Positions 7,747 through 16,394 of a stretch of 64,000 nt of DNA are shown here, piece by piece. Source of the DNA: an uncultured virus (IMG/VR IMGVR_UViG_3300027963_000068) (lineage: Duplodnaviria; Heunggongvirae; Uroviricota; Caudoviricetes); IMG/VR virus record IMGVR_UViG_3300027963_000068; one strand, written 5' to 3'. Below the pieces are notes generated by a model, which worked only from the letters and a program-made list of their open reading frames with translations, did no database searches and was not told the DNA's origin. The position numbers were made by a program, and so were the translations under genes. Numbering within the stretch: position 1 is the stretch's first letter; the number at the start of each line of letters is the position of its first letter.

Positions 7747-8322
7747 ATGTCTTTAAATAGCGGAAAACTAATGTATTCCTCTGGGAATAATGATGAGTGC
7801 TATACTCCAAATTATGGTGTAGCACCTATTCTCAAATACATTCCTAAAAATGCAAAAGTGTGGTGTCCATTTGATACTAAAGAAAGTGAGTTCGTCAAAC
7901 AAATTTCTAATCAAAACAGTGTAATTTATTCCCACATAAGTCTAGGACAAGATTTCTTTGATTATGAACCATTTCATTGGGATGTAATTGTATCTAATCC
8001 GCCATTCACAAACAAACGAAAATACTTTGAAAGAGCATTGTCTTTTAATAAACCATTTGCACTGATTATGACCAACACCTGGTTGAATGATAGTGCTCCA
8101 AAACAATTATTTAAAAATAAGGATTTGCAATTGTTAATGTTTGATAAAAGAATGAAGTTTATAAGCCCAGATGGTAGAGCAAATGATAAAATTACTTTTA
8201 GTTCTAGTTATTATTGCTGGAACTTTTTACCCAAACAAATCATAATGGAGGAATTAAAAAATCTTGTGCCACTTGCCGAACTGTCCACCATATGCCCCAA
8301 TGCCCTTGAAGACCTGCTATAA
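7747..8322 (+). CDS. N6-adenine DNA methyltransferase
   Basis: DECYTP, WCPFD, DFF, DVIVSNPPF motifs. Confidence 0.85.
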   Translation: MSLNSGKLMYSSGNNDECYTPNYGVAPILKYIPKNAKVWCPFDTKESEFVKQISNQNSVIYSHISLGQDFFDYEPFHWDVIVSNPPFTNKRKYFERALSFNKPFALIMTNTWLNDSAPKQLFKNKDLQLLMFDKRMKFISPDGRANDKITFSSSYYCWNFLPKQIIMEELKNLVPLAELSTICPNALEDLL

Positions 8323-8348
8323 TTACGGAGTAATCAATCAAAATCCTG

Positions 8349-8753
8349 ATGTCTACAAGATCCAGAATTGGAATTCAACTCGCAGATGATTCAATTCTTT
8401 CAGTATATTGTCATTATGATGGATATCCTGAGTTCAATGGTGTTAAACTCATAGAGAACTTCAAATCTTATGAGAAAGCAGCAGAATTAATTGATGGTGG
8501 TGATATTAGTTGCCTGTGGACTAATACTGGTTGGAATAATGAAGTTCTTCCAACTACAGGTGCTCTTTATTATTCTTCCAGGGGTGAAGATTGCCCTCCA
8601 CGTATTGATGCTACCTTTGGTAAGTATATTGGGAATAATGAAGAGTATGCCTATCTATTTACGAATGGCAAATGGGTATGTTACAATAACAGACGTTGGG
8701 ATGATAAGTTTCTACAACAAGTAGAAATTCCTTCTGGTGCTCTTGCTATTTGA
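8349..8753 (+). CDS. Conserved phage hypothetical protein
   Basis: MSTRSRIG...YCHYDGYP...G..L and EEYAYLF motifs. Confidence 0.8.
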   Translation: MSTRSRIGIQLADDSILSVYCHYDGYPEFNGVKLIENFKSYEKAAELIDGGDISCLWTNTGWNNEVLPTTGALYYSSRGEDCPPRIDATFGKYIGNNEEYAYLFTNGKWVCYNNRRWDDKFLQQVEIPSGALAI

Positions 8754-9019
8754 TTATGCTTAAAGATCTTCGGCATCAAACTATTCAAGAGGCACTACTT
8801 TTGTGTGGTACTCTTGGTATTGGAATGAATACTTCCAGCGTAATGGAATGGGCAAAGTTTATGGGTCTTCCTGACAAATATTGGACGGGAACACAAAATC
8901 ATATCATTGGCAATCATATTGCTGATGCTGGTAAAAAAATCAATCGTGCGATGGGTTATGATTACATAGCTCAAAAGTTTCCTAACTGGAAAAACAATCC
9001 TATGTATGTTGCAGTATAA
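8750..9019 (+). CDS. Hypothetical protein
   Basis: ORF track; abuts upstream gene. Confidence 0.6.
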   Translation: MIMLKDLRHQTIQEALLLCGTLGIGMNTSSVMEWAKFMGLPDKYWTGTQNHIIGNHIADAGKKINRAMGYDYIAQKFPNWKNNPMYVAV

Positions 9020-9162
9020 TGAAATCCAATCAAATCACTTTCGTCTTTCTTGCTTTTATTGGTATTCTTGGATGGAATGCATTTCTTACTCAAAGAGATG
9101 CACAACTTTTTGATGCATATGATAAAGTATGTTCTACATCTGATTGTAGATATTCCAAATGA
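9019..9162 (+). CDS. Small single-pass membrane protein, 47 aa
   Basis: Read by hand: MKSNQITFVFLAFIGILGWNAFLTQRDAQLFDAYDKVCSTSDCRYSK*; TAATG/ATGA coupling on both sides. Confidence 0.65.
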   Translation: MKSNQITFVFLAFIGILGWNAFLTQRDAQLFDAYDKVCSTSDCRYSK

Positions 9163-9359
9163 AAAAAAAGTTTGTTTATGTAAAACCTGTTTCTGCAAAT
9201 GCAAAGGATAGGTTTATCAATGATATGGATTCCTTTCACAGCTGTGTAATAGAACAAGAAAAGGATGATATGATGCATCTTGCTTCTATCAATCAATGTT
9301 ATTATTTTTGGTTACCAAAGGAAGGTAATGAGCACTGGAAGGTTATTTCTAATAAGTGA
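9159..9359 (+). CDS. Hypothetical protein
   Basis: ORF track; ATGA overlap. Confidence 0.7.
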   Translation: MKKKFVYVKPVSANAKDRFINDMDSFHSCVIEQEKDDMMHLASINQCYYFWLPKEGNEHWKVISNK

Positions 9360-9445
9360 AAACCACTTTCTGAACTGGCACACTGACCCCCTCTAAGGGG
9401 GTTTTTTGTGCTATAATTACGGAGTAATCAACCAAATGACCTCAA

Positions 9446-9649
9446 ATGTCTGCTCTTTATCTCAAAGGGATGAAAGATCGTCAAGAACTCATATCAGCAG
9501 TTTATGATGCCTGTATGTTATTGGTGGATGTTTATGATGCTGGTGATATTTTAGATGTTTATAATGAGGTCAAACTCCCTGATGCCTATAATCTTAGGTC
9601 TACTGCTAGTGAAATCTGTAATCTGATTGCTGAAGGTTCAATCAAATGA
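9446..9649 (+). CDS. Hypothetical protein
   Basis: Directly behind promoter repeat. Confidence 0.65.
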   Translation: MSALYLKGMKDRQELISAVYDACMLLVDVYDAGDILDVYNEVKLPDAYNLRSTASEICNLIAEGSIK

Positions 9650-9870
9650 CTGAAAAAACGATTTCTGTTCAATTTACAAATCAAGAGTTATTTGATCTTC
9701 GTCTTGCCTTGTGGGATTATCGTTCTAGGTGGTATGATTTATATCACAAAGGTTTGGAAGGTGAAATGCCTCAAAACTTTGATGTAAAAGGTGCTGAACT
9801 GGTTTATGAAGATGTACGAAAACTTCAAGAACGTGTAATTTACTTTAATGAGAACTTCGATGACTACTGA
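9646..9870 (+). CDS. Hypothetical protein
   Basis: ATGA overlap with upstream ORF. Confidence 0.65.
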   Translation: MTEKTISVQFTNQELFDLRLALWDYRSRWYDLYHKGLEGEMPQNFDVKGAELVYEDVRKLQERVIYFNENFDDY

Positions 9871-10027
9871 TGTGAGACTATCTGTCAATGAAATGGAAGT
9901 GCTAATGGAAGCACTTCAATTGATTGATACAAAAGACGAAGACTTGATACATCAAAGAACTGATGTATCACTTCCTTCTTTGTATAATAAACTCTATTCC
10001 ACAGTGGAGAAACTTCAAAATGACTAA
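9860..10027 (+). CDS. Small hypothetical protein, 55 aa
   Basis: Read by hand: MTTDVRLSVNEMEVLMEALQL...SLYNKLYSTVEKLQND*; fills the gap with short overlaps. Confidence 0.6.
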   Translation: MTTDVRLSVNEMEVLMEALQLIDTKDEDLIHQRTDVSLPSLYNKLYSTVEKLQND

Positions 10028-10184
10028 AACACAACTTCAAAGACTTATAGATGATATAACTGATGCTATTAGTATGGGGCAAGTTGCAATTGATGATGAG
10101 GATAAAGGATATCCTTATGTTGCTGGATATTATGGTAGTTTACTTCAAGAAATCAAATTCAAATTATTACAAGATCTCAAATGA
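10020..10184 (+). CDS. Small hypothetical protein
   Basis: Track ORF 9963..10184, restarted at MTKTQLQ. Confidence 0.6.
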   Translation: MTKTQLQRLIDDITDAISMGQVAIDDEDKGYPYVAGYYGSLLQEIKFKLLQDLK

Positions 10185-10369
10185 ACTCACCGATTGTTTA
10201 TGCCTATGCTGAAATAGAAAAAGCATATAATATCCTCAAAGAAGTTGTGAAAAGAGAACACAAACTACACGAAATGGATATGACTATTATGATGGAACAT
10301 TTGGATTCTCTTGAGGATGAAATAATACCTTTGATTGAAGAAATAGTATATTTTGACCCTACACCTTGA
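10181..10369 (+). CDS. Small acidic hypothetical protein
   Basis: ATGA overlap. Confidence 0.65.
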   Translation: MNSPIVYAYAEIEKAYNILKEVVKREHKLHEMDMTIMMEHLDSLEDEIIPLIEEIVYFDPTP

Positions 10370-10456
10370 GACCCCCTTGTGCCAGTTGGGCAACTGTCCA
10401 CACAATTCCCCAAAACACCTCAAAGGTGCTATAATTACAAGGTAATCCTCAATCTT

Positions 10457-10690
10457 ATGAAATTCACTAAATCACTGGCAGAATATGAGCAAGACCTCAA
10501 ATCAATAAAGAAAACTTACACTAAACTTGGTAAGCAATATCAAAATTGCAGAAGTGCATATGAGGCAGAATTGATTGCTGAGGACTTGGAAGATTATCGT
10601 CAAGATATTATAGAACTACAAATCATAATTAATGAAATCATACAGAATAAACCACTCAAAGATTGTGATACTTCAAAATTTGTTTACTGA
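10457..10690 (+). CDS. Coiled-coil hypothetical protein
   Basis: Track ORF 10379..10690, restarted at ATG downstream of the promoter repeat. Confidence 0.65.
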   Translation: MKFTKSLAEYEQDLKSIKKTYTKLGKQYQNCRSAYEAELIAEDLEDYRQDIIELQIIINEIIQNKPLKDCDTSKFVY

Positions 10691-10792
10691 TAAGTTATAC
10701 CCTTGTGCCAGTTGTAGCACTGGCACATAACACTCCCAAAAGCACTTTAAGTGTGCTATACTTGTAGCATACAAGTTCAATGAGGTCTCACA

Positions 10793-10942
10793 ATGTCTGC
10801 TGATGAATTGGTACTTCACAAAGATTATGAAGATTTTGCTTCTTCTTATCTTGGTGTTGAGTATGAAGATTATGTAGAACTGGTGGGTGATTTTGAATTG
10901 TATGAAGATGAGATTGAAATTGAATACTCTTTGAGTGTTTGA
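10793..10942 (+). CDS. Very acidic small protein, 49 aa
   Basis: Read by hand: MSADELVLHKDYEDFASSYLGVEYEDYVELVGDFELYEDEIEIEYSLSV*; GAGG upstream, behind promoter repeat. Confidence 0.65.
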   Translation: MSADELVLHKDYEDFASSYLGVEYEDYVELVGDFELYEDEIEIEYSLSV

Positions 10943-10947
10943 TTTCT

Positions 10948-11077
10948 GGGAATGTGTTTGCCCTTAAAGTTACACATGGAGGGAAGAATAAAGTGGTTCC
11001 TAACTACTCTGACAACTAGAAGCAGAGACATGATGTTAGGGTAAAAATAATTACCACGCCCTCCCAATTTTATTCCC
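10948..11077 (+). ncRNA. Candidate structured RNA, family unknown
   Basis: Nested complementary segments GGAGGG/CCCTCC, GTGGT/ACCAC, CCTAAC/GTTAGG, CTCTG/CAGAG plus ATGTGT/ACACAT and GGGAAT/ATTCCC. Confidence 0.55.
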
Positions 11078-11092
11078 CTTGCTTTTATTATT

Positions 11093-11269
11093 ATGTCTGC
11101 TAACTCCACTTTGCTTCAAACTGCTGCTACTTTGGCTGATACAAACCCTCTTGCTTCTCAGTTTATTGTTGATTTGACTAATGCAGAACTGGTTTCTGAA
11201 ATGGTTGATGTAATTGATGCTTACGACCAAGCAGTTCTCGATGCTTATACTGATGTAGTTGCTGTTTGA
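11093..11269 (+). CDS. Small acidic hypothetical protein, 58 aa
   Basis: Read by hand: MSANSTLLQTAATLADTNPLASQFIVDL...DVVAV*; terminator follows. Confidence 0.6.
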   Translation: MSANSTLLQTAATLADTNPLASQFIVDLTNAELVSEMVDVIDAYDQAVLDAYTDVVAV

Positions 11270-11279
11270 TTAAATAGGA

Positions 11280-11305
11280 GGGGAACTTATTGTTCCCCTT
11301 TTTTT
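11280..11305 (+). terminator. Rho-independent terminator
   Basis: GGGGAAC-TTATT-GTTCCCC then T7. Confidence 0.8.
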
Positions 11306-11314
11306 ATTACTTAT

Positions 11315-11387
11315 GCCGCAGCAGCATGACGGATCATGCACCATCCTTCTAAGATGTACGATATAGGTTCAAATCCTATCTGCGGTG
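11315..11387 (+). tRNA. tRNA-Arg(UCU), atypical
   Basis: Acceptor GCCGCAG/CTGCGGT+G, D stem GCAT/ATGC, loop CTTCTAA, T arm ATAGG-TTCAAAT-CCTAT; 73 nt. Confidence 0.85.
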
Positions 11388-11484
11388 TTATTCTTGATAC
11401 CTTGTGCCAGTTGTAGCACTGGCACAATAAATGAGCAGAGACCCTTTTTCCGTGCTATGATTACGGAGTAATCAACCAAAACAG

Positions 11485-11697
11485 ATGAACTTCAAAGACC
11501 GTGATTCCGTCATTGATTCTTATGCTCAATACATTCTGGATAGTCTAGATATGGACGCAGTATTGAACATTGCTTACGATACTCTTGTGGGAAATCTCAC
11601 CGACTATACTAATGAACAACTGGCAACAGAGATTGTTGAAAGTTATGGTGAAGAATGGTTTGAAGACCATAACGTAGAAGTGGATGAGACAGTATAG
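11485..11697 (+). CDS. Small acidic hypothetical protein
   Basis: Sole ORF between two promoter repeats. Confidence 0.75.
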   Translation: MNFKDRDSVIDSYAQYILDSLDMDAVLNIAYDTLVGNLTDYTNEQLATEIVESYGEEWFEDHNVEVDETV

Positions 11698-11783
11698 TGA
11701 TGTGCCAGTAATCCTACTGGCACATAACACTCCCAAACCCCTTCAATCCGTGCTATGATTACAGAGTAATCAACCAAAAACAG

Positions 11784-11984
11784 ATGATCATCCTAACTGC
11801 TGCTGACTATGGTTGTGTTTTTGCTTTATCTCCTGAAAGTGATGAATTGTACTATTCTCCTATCTATGAGAATGGAAATATCAATTTAGAAGAATTTGCT
11901 AATGTAGATTCTGATTCTATGGATATGGATACTATGGAATTATTTGATATTCGTAATCGTCTTATCCAATTATCTCAAGTCTAA
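11784..11984 (+). CDS. Small acidic hypothetical protein
   Basis: Directly behind promoter repeat. Confidence 0.7.
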   Translation: MIILTAADYGCVFALSPESDELYYSPIYENGNINLEEFANVDSDSMDMDTMELFDIRNRLIQLSQV

Positions 11985-12109
11985 TGAAAGTTCCAAACTG
12001 GGTTCACAATTCAGGTAAACAAAAGAATACTAAAGGCACTTGTAAGGGACAACTCAAGGCAAGGAAACAATCACTTCAAGCACTCAAACTCAAACTGAAT
12101 TTCAAATGA
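11984..12109 (+). CDS. Small basic protein, 41 aa
   Basis: Read by hand: MKVPNWVHNSGKQKNTKGTCKGQLKARKQSLQALKLKLNFK*; coupled at both ends. Confidence 0.6.
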   Translation: MKVPNWVHNSGKQKNTKGTCKGQLKARKQSLQALKLKLNFK

Positions 12110-12546
12110 CTTTCACTGATTTCAAACAAATGCAACCTACTGCAACTGCACAAGCAAAAAGTGTTTTGGATTATGTAGAACTTCTTTGTCAAGTTCTACG
12201 TACCAACTATCAAAACTATGTAATTCAAGTTCATCGTGTTAGTATAGATAGGGGTGATAATGTAGACTATCATAAAAAAAGAATTGATGATATATGTGAA
12301 GGTGAAGGTGTAGATGAGTTTGTGTATGAGAAAGGTAGAAAGTATGCAAAGATTTTGCATATTGACAATCCAGGTGGAGCGAAATCAGTTCATATGTTTG
12401 TAGATATGGTAACTGGTGATTGCTTCAAACCAGCATCATACAAATCTCCTGCAAAAGGTATTCGTTACAACCTCTTGGATGATAAGTCAAGAGAAGAAAT
12501 GCTACTTAGGGCAGACTGGAGCGGGCAATATTTGTATGCAAGATAA
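12106..12546 (+). CDS. Conserved phage hypothetical protein
   Basis: GRKYAKI...SVHMFVD..TGD.FKPASYKSPAKGIRY motif common in phage early regions. Confidence 0.8.
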   Translation: MTFTDFKQMQPTATAQAKSVLDYVELLCQVLRTNYQNYVIQVHRVSIDRGDNVDYHKKRIDDICEGEGVDEFVYEKGRKYAKILHIDNPGGAKSVHMFVDMVTGDCFKPASYKSPAKGIRYNLLDDKSREEMLLRADWSGQYLYAR

Positions 12547-12738
12547 ATGATGAACGATCAATTCTATGAAGGATTAGAGGTATATTATCACAAACAAGTT
12601 GGAGTAGTTCAATTTATTTGTGATAATTATATTGTGGTATGTATTGCTCAGGGTGATAGTAAAATCAATAATGTTTGTTTGATTGTATATCCAGAAAACT
12701 ATCAGTACATCACATTATTCAAACAATCTCAAAAATAA
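12547..12738 (+). CDS. Small hypothetical protein
   Basis: ORF track; abuts upstream stop. Confidence 0.65.
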   Translation: MMNDQFYEGLEVYYHKQVGVVQFICDNYIVVCIAQGDSKINNVCLIVYPENYQYITLFKQSQK

Positions 12739-12995
12739 TGGAACTCAATAAAATTGCAATCTTGTCCACTGGTCATTTACATCCACTTGAAGCAAAAGAG
12801 GTGAATACTTTTGCCTATGTTGCTAATACTGAGTGTGCTCTTTTCTCCACAGATATTGGAATGAGAGATTTCTATAGAGATGGAGGTCTTGTTTGTTTAT
12901 CAGAATTGCTAGAGCAACTCAAAGATATAGCAGATTATGTATTGTTTGACCCTGATGGTCCTGTAAGTGATGACTACAAGAGTTATGAGTGGTAA
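12738..12995 (+). CDS. Hypothetical protein
   Basis: Track ORF 12675..12995 restarted at coupled ATG (MELNKIAILSTGHL...FDPDGP). Confidence 0.65.
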   Translation: MELNKIAILSTGHLHPLEAKEVNTFAYVANTECALFSTDIGMRDFYRDGGLVCLSELLEQLKDIADYVLFDPDGPVSDDYKSYEW

Positions 12996-13081
12996 CCCTT
13001 GTGCCAGCAATCGCACTGGCACATAACATCCCCAAAGGCACCCTGGAGGTGCTATAATTACAGAGTAATTCACCAAAGACT

Positions 13082-13330
13082 ATGCAACTGTCTGCTATTT
13101 CTAAAATTTCAGGAGAACCTTCTATGGTTGTAGATTTCTTTCCTATTCTGGGTTCTACTTCATTTATCTACAAGGTATTGAAGTTTAGAGGAGTAGATAC
13201 CATGAGTACATCGTGTATTAGTGCAGAACGATTCTATACTGAGTGTGTGGAGCGTATTGATTTAGGTTATGATGTTACTGGTTTCAATACTGAACCAGTA
13301 AATGTTAACCCTATGAATGGTGTATGTTGA
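13082..13330 (+). CDS. Hypothetical protein
   Basis: Directly behind promoter repeat. Confidence 0.7.
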   Translation: MQLSAISKISGEPSMVVDFFPILGSTSFIYKVLKFRGVDTMSTSCISAERFYTECVERIDLGYDVTGFNTEPVNVNPMNGVC

Positions 13331-13467
13331 TGACTGAAGAAAGCCTTGATTTGTTTTGTGAACATCCTGATTGTGTAGATGCAGATGAGTTTGCTCTTGA
13401 TATGGAAGCACTTGCTGCTAAGTATGAAGTCACTGTTGATTATCTAATTGAAGAGTTTATATTATAA
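13330..13467 (+). CDS. Small acidic protein, 45 aa
   Basis: Read by hand: MTEESLDLFCEHPDC...AAKYEVTVDYLIEEFIL*; TGATG coupling. Confidence 0.65.
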   Translation: MTEESLDLFCEHPDCVDADEFALDMEALAAKYEVTVDYLIEEFIL

Positions 13468-13552
13468 TCTCTTGTGCCACTAATCGTACTGGCACATAAC
13501 ATTCCCAAAGGCACCTTGGAGGTGCTATAATGTACTTTCGGTCATTCATCTT

Positions 13553-14767
13553 ATGCAACTTCTTGATTATCAACAACGTGCTTTGAGTGAGATTTCAAAG
13601 CATTCAAAGGGTAAGGTGTTGATACCTACTGGCGGTGGTAAAACTGTAGTGATGATGCAGGATGCAAAGAATCGGATTGCTGCGTCTGATGTTCCTCTGA
13701 CGATTGTTGTTGTTGCTCCTCGCATTCTGCTTGCTAATCAACTCTCTGATGAGTTTGAGCAGTATCTAAAGAGCGAAGAGATTTGTATTGCTCACGTACA
13801 TAGTGGAGAAACTCATCACTTTAGTAGCACACAATCACACAAGATTGCGGCACATAATGCAGTAGCAAAAGCACTTCATCAACATCATTTGATTTTCACT
13901 ACTTATCACTCATTAGAAAGAGTAAATGAGTCAGGTATTGTGATTGATGTTGCATATTTTGACGAAGCACACAATTCTACCAAACCAATGAATAGTGTAG
14001 GTGTTGCTCGTACATCTGAATCATCCAATGCTGCTTATTTCTTTACTGCAACTCCTAAGATTGCGATGAGCAACAGTACTGTATATGGCAGTAATATTAT
14101 TTCTATTAGTGCAAAGGAACTTGTAAGTGTCGGAACTATTCTTTCACCACAAGTGGAGACCTATGAGTTTGATGAAGTTCGCACGAAAGAGAATGCTGCG
14201 TTTGTGGATGCAGAGAATATTCTTGGTATTCTGAATAATATGAATGAAACAGCACCAAAGGTATTGGTTGCTGCTCCTTCTACAAAAGTAATCTGGGATG
14301 CACTGTCACATACTTCACTTCTACAATCATTGATTGATATGGACTATGTGGTAATGCACATTACGTCCAAGCACGGTGCATATATCAATCGTAAGAAAGT
14401 TACAAGGGAAAAGTTCTTTGAGCAACTTACACTTCTGGGTAAGGACAGCACACAAAAGATGATTGTGTTTCATTATTCTATTTTGTCTGAGGGTATCAAT
14501 GTGCCTGGACTGACGCATTGTATTATGTTGCGTAATCTTCCTACGATTGAGATGCTTCAAACGATTGGTAGAGTGATACGAGTATCTCAAGAAGATCGGA
14601 GTGCAATACAAAACAAACAACTACAACCTGGACAGTTTGAGTTTTACAAGAAGCCATATGGTAAGATTATCATTCCAGTTTCCAATGGTTATGGTGATCA
14701 GATTGCAAAAAAGATTCAAGGACTTGTAGATGTTGTGTTTGTTCAAGGTGAGATAGTTACTACATAA
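13553..14767 (+). CDS. Superfamily 2 DEAH helicase (type III restriction Res-like)
   Basis: YQ Q-motif, PTGGGKT, DEAH, TAT, LSEGINVP, QTIGRVIR. Confidence 0.9.
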   Translation: MQLLDYQQRALSEISKHSKGKVLIPTGGGKTVVMMQDAKNRIAASDVPLTIVVVAPRILLANQLSDEFEQYLKSEEICIAHVHSGETHHFSSTQSHKIAAHNAVAKALHQHHLIFTTYHSLERVNESGIVIDVAYFDEAHNSTKPMNSVGVARTSESSNAAYFFTATPKIAMSNSTVYGSNIISISAKELVSVGTILSPQVETYEFDEVRTKENAAFVDAENILGILNNMNETAPKVLVAAPSTKVIWDALSHTSLLQSLIDMDYVVMHITSKHGAYINRKKVTREKFFEQLTLLGKDSTQKMIVFHYSILSEGINVPGLTHCIMLRNLPTIEMLQTIGRVIRVSQEDRSAIQNKQLQPGQFEFYKKPYGKIIIPVSNGYGDQIAKKIQGLVDVVFVQGEIVTT

Positions 14768-14789
14768 TATATGTGTTACAAATAGAACT

Positions 14790-14957
14790 ATGGTATTTCA
14801 GCCAAAGTACAAAAATTCAGGTAATGATACAAAACTCATTCGAGTACCAAATGTTTATGCTGATCTTGTAGAAGAACTTATGTTAGTTTATGATGCAAGA
14901 TTTGATACTAAAAAAGGATTGCATTTATTGCGAAAGTATATTTCAAATCTGTCCTAG
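14790..14957 (+). CDS. Small putative DNA-binding protein, 55 aa
   Basis: Read by hand: MVFQPKYKNSGNDTKLIRVPNVYADLVEEL...; strand then two helices, RHH-like. Confidence 0.55.
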   Translation: MVFQPKYKNSGNDTKLIRVPNVYADLVEELMLVYDARFDTKKGLHLLRKYISNLS

Positions 14958-15059
14958 TACAGACACCCTTGTGCCACTAATCGCACTGGCACATAACACT
15001 CCCAAAGGCACCCTGGAGGTGCTATAATTACGGAGTAATTCACCAAAGGAGAGAGGGAG

Positions 15060-15248
15060 ATGTTTGTTTGTTGTCCTGTTTCTTTTGATTTGTGCGATGC
15101 TGAATGGTTCACTAATCTTGATGATGCAAAGGATGATGCACTTAATTGGAGTGTTGAACTCAATGGTGAGAATGTAGTTGTATATGAGGCACTTGATGCT
15201 GGTGAAGATGGTTATACCTTCAAACCATTAGTTTCCATCTTTTCCTAA
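15060..15248 (+). CDS. Small acidic hypothetical protein
   Basis: Behind promoter repeat, purine-rich RBS. Confidence 0.7.
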   Translation: MFVCCPVSFDLCDAEWFTNLDDAKDDALNWSVELNGENVVVYEALDAGEDGYTFKPLVSIFS

Positions 15249-15253
15249 ACAAA

Positions 15254-15460
15254 ATGACTACTATCTCATTCACATCTGGCGAATTGTTAGATATTATCTC
15301 TGCTCTTGATGCTGTTGGAGATAATTGTATGGAGGCAGAGAATGTTCTTCTTGCTTCATACTATGCCAAATTATCTCAACAATTTGAAATGATTCATGAT
15401 AAACTTCAGGATTTTGTTCCTGAAGATCGTGTTGCCAACCTTGCCCTAATTGCTAATTGA
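15254..15460 (+). CDS. Small hypothetical protein
   Basis: ORF track. Confidence 0.7.
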   Translation: MTTISFTSGELLDIISALDAVGDNCMEAENVLLASYYAKLSQQFEMIHDKLQDFVPEDRVANLALIAN

Positions 15461-15587
15461 TTATGACAATTGACACACTCAACTTCACTGGTAATACTAC
15501 AACCTATCTGGGTTTTATTGGTGTTATCAGTACTGGCATCATTCTGGTGCTATGCTTCACTCGTTATTTCAATTCTCCCCTGAACAA

Positions 15588-15779
15588 ATGACTACTCAAC
15601 AGATGTATGATGAGCTAATGGAAGGTTATTTGCTCCAAACAAGAGAACAAATACAGCAGGATTTAATTACACTCCTTGACTCACAATTTGGTGAGGTAGA
15701 GTATCTTGACGAAGTTAGGACTCTTGCCTGTCAAATTGTAGTTGACAACTTTGACAAATTCTTTTCAAAAGTCAAATGA
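15588..15779 (+). CDS. Small acidic hypothetical protein
   Basis: Track ORF 15552..15779; start uncertain (MTTQQ used). Confidence 0.6.
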   Translation: MTTQQMYDELMEGYLLQTREQIQQDLITLLDSQFGEVEYLDEVRTLACQIVVDNFDKFFSKVK

Positions 15780-15891
15780 TACTAATACTTCAGGTAGTAC
15801 AGACACCCTTGTGCCAGTTGTGCAACTGTCCATAACATCACCCAAACCCCCTCAGTCCGTGCTATGATTACGGAGTAATCAACCAAAACAG

Positions 15892-16149
15892 ATGACCACC
15901 GCAACCTACCAACTCAATGCTCTTGACATCTCTTATAATGGTTGGAACAACTATGAGACCTGGAATGTTGCTTTGTGGATAAACAATGTTGAGGGTTTGT
16001 ATCACTTAGCACAGAACTGTGGTGATTACGAAACTCTGGTAAAATGTCTTTATGAGGATTATGGAGTGACTGAAACAAAGGACGGTGTTAAGTTCAATTC
16101 TCCGAAGGTGAATGTGGTTCAAATTAACTCTGAGGTGTTTGACTTCTAA
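15892..16149 (+). CDS. Conserved phage hypothetical protein
   Basis: YNGWNNYETWNVALWINN motif. Confidence 0.8.
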   Translation: MTTATYQLNALDISYNGWNNYETWNVALWINNVEGLYHLAQNCGDYETLVKCLYEDYGVTETKDGVKFNSPKVNVVQINSEVFDF

Positions 16150-16188
16150 TTATCATTGTCTCAACATACCAACTTCACCCAAATTCAA

Positions 16189-16353
16189 ATGACCGAACAA
16201 TCCTACTCTTTCCGGGGCATCTTCACTGACAAAAACTACTCTACTCGCCTTAATTATATGGCAGAAACTGCTCAAGATGCCTGGAATTTGTGTGCAAAAC
16301 TAAATCCCACTTTTCTTGTACAATCCTGGGGATTCGAGGGTCAAGTTGACTGA
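16189..16353 (+). CDS. Small hypothetical protein
   Basis: Track ORF 16156..16353 restarted at ATG (MTEQSY). Confidence 0.55.
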   Translation: MTEQSYSFRGIFTDKNYSTRLNYMAETAQDAWNLCAKLNPTFLVQSWGFEGQVD

Positions 16354-16394
16354 AACTACCTTGTCCCTATCCACAAACCAACTCAAACCACACA

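Noticed and set aside
5153..10456. ORF-track starts at 5153, 7088 and 10379
   Set aside because: They fall inside the promoter repeats; in-frame starts at 5189, 7148 and 10457 lie downstream of the -10 boxes
10948..11077. Hammerhead, SRP, 6S, fluoride or preQ1 RNA
   Set aside because: Could not find their conserved core nucleotides in the required arrangement; left unassigned
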